In this document: piece after piece, positions 59,908-64,000 of the stretch
How the letters are laid out: every line of letters starts with the position of its first letter
Numbering within the stretch: the stretch's first letter is position 1
Assembly (NCBI RefSeq): GCF_001194135.2
Contig: NC_068984.1
Coordinates: forward strand, 102,081,276 to 102,145,275
Direction of reading: 5' to 3'
DNA length: 64,000 bases
From: Octopus bimaculoides
Taxonomy: Eukaryota
The notes under the pieces: model-generated
Database searches by the model: none
What the model was told of the DNA's origin: nothing
The model's input: the letters and a program-made list of their open reading frames with translations, nothing else
Made by a program: the position numbers and the translations under genes

Positions 59908-62900
59908 TGGCAAAAAAGTATTCAAACCAGTGGATGATAAGCATCATTTAATAAATACTGAAGTTATATGTGAGCTACTTTGAGTTTTGTGCTTGGATAT
60001 TACAGTAATTAGACAGGCTTGTATGTTGTAATGTGCATTATTCAGCAAGTTACATTAACCATCAGAAATATAAATTATATAACAGTGTTTTCTTACAAAA
60101 TTATTATAATATATTATTGTGAATCCATATGCTCAATCCTGAACTCATCTTCTTCACTTTTTTGCCTATGCTACTACTACTTATTGTGTGCGTTTCATGT
60201 AAACTGCCACAGTAAGTTTGGGATATTATTAAATTCAGTGTTCTCTTTCTATATTTCATTTCTAGTTAACATACATGAAGTATTTTTCTATTTTCTTTCC
60301 TTTTTATCTATGGGAAAACACAAAGTGGGATTGAAACATCACCATTTCTTTCTTCAACAATTCCCTACAAATCATGGGGTCTTTCCTTATCTATGCAGAG
60401 ATATAGAAAACACAGCTCCTCTTGATTAAGAAGCTAGTCTGTTGCTTGTTACATTTCTAGAGAACCTGCTCCTATACCTGGCTGTCGTACATTAAGGCAT
60501 AGCAAAATATTTTTTAAAAAACCCTATCAATAACAGTTTTAATCTTGTGATCTATTCTAATGGCTTATTTAGTTGGTCACTTCACTTGTACATACCTCAG
60601 ATTCCAGTAATTAGATCCATAGCTAGGTTTAAAGCTGAGGCTTATATTTAATTCAACATCCAAAAATATTTTCATATCTAGAGAAACATATCTAGGGACA
60701 GGTGGGTCCCTAGATATTGTGATTACATTTGCCCAAGCAAAGTTTGAATGTATTTGTAATTTGTGATTTGTTTGATAAAACTTTAGTTACAGTGTTAAAC
60801 ATATAATTGGTTCCATCAAGAGAGAACAGAGAGTGGATTATATTCATGTTTCAGAATTTTGTTTTTGGTATGAGTTTCAATGCTAATATTTTTGGACATA
60901 TACATACAAACAGATGCACACTAATACTTGCATAGATATATGTATCTATATTAAATACACACTCATATAAATATATTTATTTATATTATACACACAGACA
61001 CACATATGCATGCATAAATATATGTATCTATATTATACTCAAGCACATACATAAATATATGTATTTATATTATACACAAACATATAAACATATTTATCTG
61101 TATTACATACACACAGCTATATATACACATACGTGCAAATCTTGTAATCTCTTCTCACGTCTTTTATTATAGTTTCATCAAAAGGTCGACTACATGTGAA
61201 ATGTTGGCAAATATTCAGTGAGACTGCTTTCCCATATGTTACTGAATGTGCAACACCTGGAAGTTTTGATGAAGATTATCAACTACAGCAGTTATCAAAC
61301 ATTTCTGCCCCTTCAGCTTCACAACTATCTAGCCACCAGGTCAGTTTTTAATCCATTGTAGCAATATCAATTTTATATAATTACCTCTTTGGGTACAGAC
61401 AGGACTGTGTAGTTATTGCATTTGCCCAGTTGTAGATGGCATCTAGATCTTGTTGGCATTTGTAGATATAATCATTTGTCTTAATCTGTAGCAACACTTT
61501 AGTGTTGTTTTGCATAACTGTTCAGTCTGGTTGAATGTATACTTTTAACTCTGTCTGACAACAAAACAGGCCTCAGAAAAGTACCTTGTTGCACTCCGCT
61601 TATTTCTACAGACTTGCAGATAGGGATCTGTTGGCCATTACAATTTAACAGATGCCAACCATTATTCATGTTTAACATGATATTCTTGTCAAAGATTTTG
61701 GTAAAATCCAAGTATGCACAAGTAACCCTTGATCCAGATGTAGACTTCAGAATTTAGTTGTGCTGTTGTCAAAGTTGTATTAGACAGTTTTGCCCAGAAG
61801 AAGCTCTTTTGGATATTGTTAAAAAAGTTCCTGTCGGTTTCAATTGTTTCTCTTTCTGTTTATGTTTCTCTTCACAACATTTAAAAGTTGGGATATAACT
61901 GACTCTGGTCTTCAATTACTTGTCTCTAATCTACTGCTTGTAAAGGTTAATATAGCCTAAAAACCAGTTTTTTCAGGTTGTCCAGAAAGATGATGTTATC
62001 ACAAGTGTCAGCTTCTCAGTACTTTTTGTAGATTCTTCAAAGTAGTTACAAAGTAGTTAAAATAAAAATCTATTTTCATCACAATCAAAGCATTACTTTT
62101 ATTTTATAGGTTTTAATTTATTATTAACATAAATTTTCATTTTGTCTTTTTCCAGCTGGCGCAAATTCTTGAGATGATGTCATCATTCTTTATGGAACAA
62201 CGACTACTCAATAAAGAAAGCTGTACATTTGGTCTCTATTCCAAATGGCATAAATATGTGCCATATATTGCTTCCATCAGTGCTGGTTTTCTAAAAATTC
62301 TAGCAGCTCAATATCATGAAAATCTTTCAGAAGAATCACCCGCTCAGGGTAAGTTAATATTAGTGGTGGTAAATTTGGTTAAAAATTTATGTTCAAATGA
62401 AATATGACTCATGAATTAAAATATGGAATTTTTCAATCTTAGTGTGGAATGTTTATTGGGTACCCTTCTGCTTATCTTAAAATTTTTTATCAAGTGTTAG
62501 TCATGGCCACTACCAGTGACATATAAAAGGCACCCATGCTGATGACATGTAAAAGGCACAAGTGCATCTGGTACACTCTGTAGAGTAGTTGACATGAGGA
62601 AGGGTATCCAGTCCTAGAAAACAGGCCAAAACAGACAGGAGCCTGGTACAGCTCTCTGGCTTACCAGTTCCAGTCAAACATCTAACCCATGCAGCATGGA
62701 AAGCAGATACTAAATGATGATGATGCGTATTAAGTTCTATTGGTTTCTTTTTAGCCTAAACCTACTGATTAGTAACATTTACTAGTTAATTCAACTCTCA
62801 ATGATGCTTAGAAGTAAAGATAACCTCCATTTCTTTGTCATAGTAAACTCTTAATAAAATTTACAGTGTAAAAATGTGCTGTATACTGGCAGTGGAAAGG

Positions 62901-63931
62901 AGTCATGGTTGGGGTAAGACCAAGGAAAAGATGCGGGGGGGGGGAGAATTGGTGTGATGAGATCTGGAGATGTTTGGCATAATAGACAAGATGACAGACT
63001 ACAGTATGCCAAACCAATTCAGTTAAGGAACTGCAATATATCAAACCAGTTCAAATGATGATGATAACAAAACTATATTTTTAGTGAGCAATCTCAAACA
63101 AAGATTTAATTGATTTTGTAAATTTAGGTGTCAAGCAAATTTAAAAACCAGGAAGCAAGCTGACTAAGGTATATGTCAGATCTGATTCCCTGCCTATTTT
63201 TTACCATTTTCATAAGGTTGTTAAAATAAATATCACTAAAATATTAGTCAAATTAGTTAACTATATCATAATTTTTACCAAAAAATACTTTATGTTCAAC
63301 CCTTTAGTATTCAGATTACTCGATCAAATGTAATGCTTATTTATTCACATTGTTTTCAATTAATCATGCATTATCTTGTGGCATTGAGGTTTCAACATTG
63401 TGATTGTCTACTTTAGAATGACATTGTAGGGTAGGTGTGAGAGGTGGATCTGGCTGGTTTTAACATAAAACAGGTAGAATAATTGGGCCGGATATGGCTG
63501 GTTTGAATTCTAAAGGGTTATAAAGCAAAACAAAAACTATTTAAAATATTGATCTCTTATATTAGTTCCAATGTAAATAACATAGGAAATAAGATTAACT
63601 TAAACTCGTTAGTGTCATAGTCAAAATGAATAGGCTATAACTAGGAATTTAAACTGTTTCACATTCTTGCTGGGAACTTTACTTTATCATTTTATGTATT
63701 GATGTTCTATGGATTTTCTTTTGTGTTCATAATTCATATATCTATTTCTTTTAGTGATTGATTATTTATGGAATATGATAGTAAATGTGTTCAGTCCTTG
63801 GGTGAGGCCATTGAAAGGACCAGCACAGACTCAACTACTGATTCCTTGGACAGCTGGTGACCATGAGGCTGCTACCATAATGGTTCAAAACTTCTGTGAT
63901 GCAATCCGATATATCCACACATTTTATAAAT
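3894..63931 (+). CDS. EPG5: EPG5 (ectopic P-granules autophagy protein 5 homolog), internal 35 coding exons; 5' and 3' ends lie outside the window
   Basis: 35 GT-AG exons splice in phase into 5098 nt with no stop. Recognised EPG5 motifs: [40 protein letters not shown]...[32 protein letters not shown]. Confidence 0.94.
4745..5100 (+). mobile_element. SINE family 1, near full length, diverged
   Basis: Head, ccttgggcaagtgtctt core, microsatellite and tail all present. Confidence 0.85.
5322..5781 (-). mobile_element. DD37D (maT-type) Tc1/mariner transposon, 3' part
   Basis: Frameshift-corrected [47 protein letters not shown] has 37 residues between the two Asp. TA-CAGG terminus at 5320-5325. 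The rest runs into gap 5782-6307. Confidence 0.85.
6340..6800 (-). mobile_element. RTE LINE C-terminal fragment
   Basis: [39 protein letters not shown] matches the RTE W.GHV.RM...GRP..RW motif. Confidence 0.85.
7040..7385. mobile_element. Probable Penelope-like pseudo-LTR remnants with decayed hammerhead-like motifs
   Basis: Decayed motifs at 7054-7090 (+) and 7292-7336 (-); about 38-bp inverted arms at 7247-7284 and 7345-7382. Confidence 0.45.
7584..7660 (+). CDS. EPG5: EPG5 window exon 2
   Basis: cag|G...A|gtgagt; (R)[25 protein letters not shown]; phase 2 to 1. Confidence 0.9.
8058..8403 (+). mobile_element. RTE LINE 3' end
   Basis: ctcatggag..aatgac...tgcttgagaagaagaccc is the decayed LTEAMT..DLW.Y..LEKT end; then 3' UTR and (ATG)n tail. 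Confidence 0.85.
8778..8923 (+). CDS. EPG5: EPG5 window exon 3
   Basis: tag|TT...CTA|gtgaga; (I)RVQAKQ...[33 protein letters not shown]. Confidence 0.9.
8981..9173. mobile_element. piggyBac-type MITE family B
   Basis: TTAAccattctgttac ... gatatcaaaaagaTTAA. Confidence 0.65.
9585..9800 (-). mobile_element. RTE LINE fragment, same family as 6340-6800
   Basis: Shares ggatattattcaaccatctcatttt and ggttggctcagctt. Confidence 0.75.
9976..10178 (+). CDS. EPG5: EPG5 window exon 4
   Basis: tag|GTA...AA|gtaagt; [38 protein letters not shown]...TILQPI(K). Confidence 0.95.
10558..10657 (+). CDS. EPG5: EPG5 window exon 5
   Basis: cag|G...GAA|gtaata; [33 protein letters not shown]. Confidence 0.9.
10822..10968 (+). 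mobile_element. RTE-tail repeat, diverged
   Basis: aaaagcacc...gtagaaaccatgccaaa...aacccatgc...aaatgatgatgat. Confidence 0.7.
11869..11989 (+). CDS. EPG5: EPG5 window exon 6
   Basis: cag|AAT...A|gtgagt; [40 protein letters not shown]. Confidence 0.92.
12242..12958. mobile_element. Possible non-autonomous DNA element with imperfect inverted ends
   Basis: Left tttggctgcacctg...atttggtgtattgatgta is inverted to right tacaccaatacaccaaat...caggtggagcaaaa; poly-A and N gap inside. Confidence 0.4.
13188..13568 (+). mobile_element. RTE-tail repeat with a 4-unit internal minisatellite; tail partly duplicated at 13606-13655
   Basis: Repeated (c/t)gtaaaa(a/t)gcacc units, then gttggcattaggaagagcatc and (GAT)n. 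Confidence 0.85.
14079..14235 (+). CDS. EPG5: EPG5 window exon 7
   Basis: cag|GT...AC|gtaagt; [51 protein letters not shown]. Confidence 0.92.
14925..15068 (+). CDS. EPG5: EPG5 window exon 8
   Basis: cag|G...AG|gtaagc; [10 protein letters not shown]...[23 protein letters not shown](R). Confidence 0.92.
15146..15355. mobile_element. piggyBac-type MITE family A
   Basis: TTAA-CCCTTTAGCATT ... AATGCTAAAGGG-TTCA inverted ends. Confidence 0.8.
15422..15715 (-). mobile_element. RTE-tail repeat, young copy
   Basis: catcatcatcgtttaacgtcc...; CpGs retained; nearly colinear with 3133-3450. Confidence 0.88.
15765..16125 (-). mobile_element. SINE family 1, diverged
   Basis: cagtttccatctaccaaattcactcacaaagc core plus tail. 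Confidence 0.8.
16235..16443 (+). mobile_element. SINE family 3 (tRNA-like head, central cctttc...gataaaataagtaccagt domain)
   Basis: ggtgagttggcagaaatgttagcatg...gggtccaaattcc; homologous to 45418-45638. Confidence 0.75.
17271..17425 (+). CDS. EPG5: EPG5 window exon 9
   Basis: cag|G...G|gtttca (weak donor; 3' end slightly uncertain); [28 protein letters not shown]...KAELK. Confidence 0.85.
19603..19754 (+). CDS. EPG5: EPG5 window exon 10
   Basis: cag|AT...GAG|gtaggt; (D)[29 protein letters not shown]...TVEVFE. Confidence 0.9.
20340..20760 (+). mobile_element. Penelope-like element GIY-YIG endonuclease remnant
   Basis: [26 protein letters not shown]...NNHFSSF...[30 protein letters not shown]...RCDLC; preceded by an (AAT)n poly-Asn run; YIG segment lost. 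Confidence 0.85.
22190..22316 (-). mobile_element. Mariner fragment, same family as 56689-56904
   Basis: Reverse complement gives gggcttagaaagactgcaggactgctgcaataagtgtgtgaatc...gatcctcctgtatttt. Confidence 0.75.
22455..22595 (+). CDS. EPG5: EPG5 window exon 11
   Basis: cag|ATT...GGG|gtgagt; [47 protein letters not shown]. Confidence 0.93.
22823..23260 (-). mobile_element. SINE family 1, full length, diverged
   Basis: Tail, (TA)n, core and head in reverse orientation. Confidence 0.85.
23295..23784 (+). mobile_element. SINE family 1, full length, with a (CA)n centre
   Basis: Head ggttcagtcccac, core gggcaagtgtcttctactatagcc, tail cagcatggccgcagtc. Confidence 0.85.
23921..24785 (+). mobile_element. 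Internally deleted mariner (DD34D) element, 865 bp
   Basis: TA-TTGGGTCATCCC...GGGATGACCCAA-TA inverted ends; [19 protein letters not shown]; FHQDNAWPH...[16 protein letters not shown]; first catalytic Asp region missing. Confidence 0.93.
25554..25718 (+). CDS. EPG5: EPG5 window exon 12
   Basis: cag|ATG...GAG|gtatga; [15 protein letters not shown]...[12 protein letters not shown]. Confidence 0.93.
26341..26560 (+). mobile_element. SINE family 3
   Basis: aaggcagtgagctgg...tttgcctttcatcctttcaaggtcgataaaataagtaccag. Confidence 0.8.
26926..27048 (+). CDS. EPG5: EPG5 window exon 13
   Basis: cag|AAC...CAG|gtagag; [41 protein letters not shown]. Confidence 0.9.
27218..27477 (+). CDS. EPG5: EPG5 window exon 14
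   Basis: cag|GTG...GA|gtaagt; [31 protein letters not shown]...[15 protein letters not shown]. Confidence 0.92.
27620..28378 (+). mobile_element. SINE alternative tail (27620-27790) followed by an RTE 3' end with a 4-5 unit minisatellite and (GAT)n
   Basis: ggaaaaatatgaccttacttgaaaacaggtgaggg tail; gagatatgctgtgattgagaagacc RTE end; repeated gcacgtaaaaagcacc. Confidence 0.8.
28536..28676 (+). CDS. EPG5: EPG5 window exon 15
   Basis: cag|T...GA|gtgagt; (D)[15 protein letters not shown]...[16 protein letters not shown]. Confidence 0.9.
29069..29136. repeat. 25-bp tandem repeat, about 2.7 copies
   Basis: aaaattctcaaatttct(t/g)tggattg. Confidence 0.9.
29271..29480. mobile_element. piggyBac-type MITE family A, right end eroded
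   Basis: ttaatcctttagtatttaaactggcc...aatgtgaataaataagcattacattt. Confidence 0.7.
30870..31082 (-). mobile_element. SINE family 4 (tRNA head plus tgtgttcttgagcaa core)
   Basis: Reverse complement gives aggcacatggcttagtggttagg...ggttttgattcctgg...gtgttcttgagcaaaac; related copies at 31745-32020 (-) and 53195-53310 (+). Confidence 0.7.
31255..31375 (+). CDS. EPG5: EPG5 window exon 16
   Basis: cag|G...CTG|gtaaag; (E)[40 protein letters not shown]. Confidence 0.88.
31486..31583 (+). CDS. EPG5: EPG5 window exon 17
   Basis: tag|ACT...AG|gtaatt; [32 protein letters not shown]; follows a 110-bp intron. Confidence 0.87.
32597..32815 (+). mobile_element. SINE family 3
   Basis: gaggtgacagaattgttagcatgc...tttcatcctttcagggttgataaaataagtaccag. 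Confidence 0.75.
33238..33428 (+). mobile_element. SINE family 3
   Basis: aaggcagcaagctggcagaatcattagc...gagttcaaattc..gaggtcgactttgcc. Confidence 0.8.
33645..33741 (+). CDS. EPG5: EPG5 window exon 18
   Basis: tag|A...CAA|gtaaga; (R)[32 protein letters not shown]. Confidence 0.88.
34201..34428. mobile_element. piggyBac-type MITE family A
   Basis: TTAACCCTTTAG ... gaatgctaaaagtTTAA. Confidence 0.8.
34597..35024. mobile_element. MITE family B carrying a nested family A copy (34744-34957)
   Basis: Family B sequence interrupted at its internal TTAA; family B end ...attgaaagggTTAA. Confidence 0.75.
35100..35333 (+). CDS. EPG5: EPG5 window exon 19
   Basis: cag|TGT...AAG|gttagt; [28 protein letters not shown]...[11 protein letters not shown]...ISVEQAWK. 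Confidence 0.92.
35732..35898 (+). CDS. EPG5: EPG5 window exon 20
   Basis: cag|AAA...AG|gtatat; [35 protein letters not shown]. Confidence 0.95.
37581..37732 (+). CDS. EPG5: EPG5 window exon 21
   Basis: cag|C...G|gtgagt; [35 protein letters not shown]...GENT. Confidence 0.9.
39547..39661 (+). CDS. EPG5: EPG5 window exon 22 (possible alternative acceptor at 39589)
   Basis: tag|AA...AA|gtgagt; (E)[37 protein letters not shown]; needed to bridge phase 1 to phase 2. Confidence 0.8.
40862..40985 (+). CDS. EPG5: EPG5 window exon 23
   Basis: cag|C...AAG|gtgggt; (N)[41 protein letters not shown]. Confidence 0.93.
42095..42640 (+). mobile_element. RTE LINE 3' end (coding remnant and 3' UTR pieces)
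   Basis: [28 protein letters not shown]; 3' UTR ggcattaggaagggcatccagc; (GAT)n. Confidence 0.75.
43004..43151 (+). CDS. EPG5: EPG5 window exon 24
   Basis: cag|AGT...G|gttagt; [11 protein letters not shown]...[27 protein letters not shown]; only the 43152 donor keeps frame with exon 25. Confidence 0.83.
43545..44110 (-). mobile_element. Bipartite (internally deleted) RTE element: 5' UTR-like part plus C-terminal zinc finger and 3' end
   Basis: [23 protein letters not shown]2H2 motif; upstream gcttgttagcc...ggcaacccatcta...ggaaggaaaa...catgggaaaggct...gagtccctgaggcag resembles RTE 5' UTRs as I recall them. Confidence 0.7.
44332..44479. repeat. 19-20-bp minisatellite, about 7.5 copies
   Basis: Unit atcaataaggtgatcataaa. 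Confidence 0.95.
44547..44718 (+). CDS. EPG5: EPG5 window exon 25
   Basis: tag|CC...AG|gtaata; (A)[19 protein letters not shown]...PPVPEV...[10 protein letters not shown]. Confidence 0.9.
45418..45638 (+). mobile_element. SINE family 3, young copy with its own tail
   Basis: gcaagctggcagaaac...ggtcgactttgcatttcatcctttcggggtcgataaattaagtaccag...gtgggcaataaagaaata; CpGs retained. Confidence 0.85.
45665..46930 (-). mobile_element. Full-length mariner (DD34D), 1266 bp, transposase pseudogene
   Basis: TA-flanked inverted ends TTA(T/G)GTTGTCCGGAAAGTTCTGAGTGTTTTTAAT; [34 protein letters not shown]-(34)-SDYHLF; several stops and a frameshift. Confidence 0.95.
47385..47800 (-). mobile_element. RTE LINE C-terminal coding remnant
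   Basis: [10 protein letters not shown]...[25 protein letters not shown]. Confidence 0.8.
47915..48005 (+). CDS. EPG5: EPG5 window exon 26
   Basis: cag|A...CAG|gtatat; (R)[30 protein letters not shown]. Confidence 0.88.
48055..48600 (-). mobile_element. RTE LINE 3' end (coding remnant plus 3' UTR plus (ATG)n)
   Basis: ccctcttccacaagttccatcc shared with 47385-47800; UTR tgcccttcctaatgccagcc. Confidence 0.8.
48778..49112 (+). mobile_element. SINE family 1 head and core with an alternative tail
   Basis: ggatttggtagacagaaactgaaagaagcc + (TG)n + aaatattaccttgtttggaaacagg tail (as 27620-27790). Confidence 0.7.
49113..49575 (+). mobile_element. RTE 3' end with a repeated gcctcatggaggca start
   Basis: Colinear with 8058-8403; (GAT)n(GGT)n tail. 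Confidence 0.85.
49851..49901 (-). ncRNA. Candidate minimal type I hammerhead ribozyme, G3:C8 variant (antisense)
   Basis: TTTGTCA-GTGAACA-G-GTCGC-GGTCTCAAA-GCGAC-GAAA-GTATTT-TGACAAA; stems I and II fully paired. Confidence 0.55.
49919..49969 (+). ncRNA. Candidate minimal type I hammerhead ribozyme, G3:C8 variant (sense to EPG5)
   Basis: TTTATCA-GTGAACA-G-GTCGT-GGTCTCAAA-GCGAC-GAAA-ATATTT-TGACAAA; one stem I mismatch. Confidence 0.55.
50318..50395 (+). CDS. EPG5: EPG5 window exon 27
   Basis: tag|GTA...AGA|gtaagt; [26 protein letters not shown] (two-Cys motif as in EPG5 LEC...KCxG). Confidence 0.88.
51257..51770 (+). mobile_element. Tc1-like transposase C-terminal half with a longer D-E spacing (36 residues as read)
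   Basis: GGSVM...[42 protein letters not shown]...[16 protein letters not shown]; right end ...ttattttgtcc. Confidence 0.88.
51778..51990 (+). mobile_element. Possible pogo/Tigger-like element end
   Basis: TA-CTGTAAGTCCTCGAGAATAG with repeated (a)taatacgca motifs, resembling pogo-type ends by recall. Confidence 0.4.
52135..52277 (+). CDS. EPG5: EPG5 window exon 28
   Basis: cag|GTA...AC|gtaagt; [14 protein letters not shown]...[17 protein letters not shown]. Confidence 0.92.
52962..53174. mobile_element. piggyBac-type MITE family A with TTAA at both ends
   Basis: TTAA-CCCTTTAGCA ... TGTTAAAGGG-TTAA. Confidence 0.85.
53886..54054 (+). CDS. EPG5: EPG5 window exon 29
   Basis: cag|T...CAG|gtaagt; TLIKLTR...[21 protein letters not shown]. 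Confidence 0.95.
54328..54519 (+). CDS. EPG5: EPG5 window exon 30
   Basis: cag|GAA...AAG|gtaagt; EFVQKMPDQ...LMSPHFLPN...FMLLSK. Confidence 0.93.
54603..54898. mobile_element. hAT (Charlie-like) MITE, 296 bp
   Basis: Ends CAGTGGTTCTCAACC / GGTTGAGAACCAATA; 8-bp target duplication ccttagac / cctttgac; three subterminal ggtccatat-like repeats. Confidence 0.85.
55056..55509 (+). mobile_element. SINE family 1, young full-length copy
   Basis: A box gtggctgtgtgg, B box gggttcagtcc, central (TA)n(TG)n, (GAGTAA)-like tail; candidate target duplication taacca at 55050-55055 and 55510-55515. Confidence 0.92.
55815..56012 (+). mobile_element. SINE family 3
   Basis: aaggtcgactctgcctttcatcctttcagggtcgataaaataaacaccag. 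Confidence 0.8.
56689..56904 (+). mobile_element. Mariner-derived miniature element, 216 bp
   Basis: TA-CAAGGGAGTGCTGAAAG ... CTTTTCAGCACCGCCTCG-TA; keeps the transposase C-terminus [24 protein letters not shown]. Confidence 0.8.
57129..57260 (+). CDS. EPG5: EPG5 window exon 31
   Basis: tag|TTC...GAG|gtgagt; [13 protein letters not shown]...[14 protein letters not shown]. Confidence 0.9.
59433..59514 (+). CDS. EPG5: EPG5 window exon 32
   Basis: cag|CTG...G|gtcagt; [27 protein letters not shown]. Confidence 0.88.
61173..61339 (+). CDS. EPG5: EPG5 window exon 33
   Basis: tag|TT...CAG|gtcagt; (V)[19 protein letters not shown]...SQLSSHQ. Confidence 0.87.
62156..62348 (+). CDS. EPG5: EPG5 window exon 34
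   Basis: cag|CTG...G|gtaagt; [17 protein letters not shown]...[12 protein letters not shown]...SPAQ. Confidence 0.92.
62505..62725 (+). mobile_element. RTE-tail repeat, diverged
   Basis: gacatgtaaaaggcac...ggaagggtatccag...aacccatgcagcatggaaagc...aaatgatgatgatg. Confidence 0.75.
63296..63521. mobile_element. piggyBac-type MITE family A
   Basis: tcaaCCCTTTAGTATTC ... GAATTCTAAAGGGttat. Confidence 0.8.
63755..63931 (+). CDS. EPG5: EPG5 window exon 35 (gene continues beyond the window)
   Basis: tag|TG...T|gtaagt; (V)[16 protein letters not shown]...[11 protein letters not shown]...FCDAIRYIH. Confidence 0.9.
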
Positions 63932-64000
63932 GTAAGTTTTTTGTTATATTTGATTTAGAATGGGAAATAAAGTAATTGATTTACCTAGCTATGATTTTTA

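Overview
AT-rich, microsatellite-dense animal genomic DNA with seven N gaps. The SINE, RTE and mariner repertoire looks like octopus or another coleoid cephalopod; this is an inference. The whole window lies inside one large + strand gene, EPG5 (the autophagosome-lysosome tethering factor mutated in Vici syndrome). I traced 35 consecutive GT-AG coding exons from 3894 to 63931. They total 5098 nt (about 1700 codons), stay in phase with no stops, and lack both the start and the end of the gene. The introns hold decayed transposons: Tc1, DD37D and mariner elements, piggyBac-type and hAT MITEs, RTE LINE ends, several tRNA-derived SINE families and Penelope-like remnants. The most interesting signal is a young 275-bp near-perfect inverted repeat at 49773-50047. 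Each of its arms carries a minimal hammerhead-ribozyme-like fold with a swapped G3:C8 core pair. Further decayed hammerhead-like motifs occur near 7.1, 7.3, 32.1 and 39.3 kb. Also noted are inverted-repeat dsRNA candidates, alternative splice sites, a bipartite RTE and two unexplained CpG-rich islands. Family names come from recall of motifs, not from database searches.
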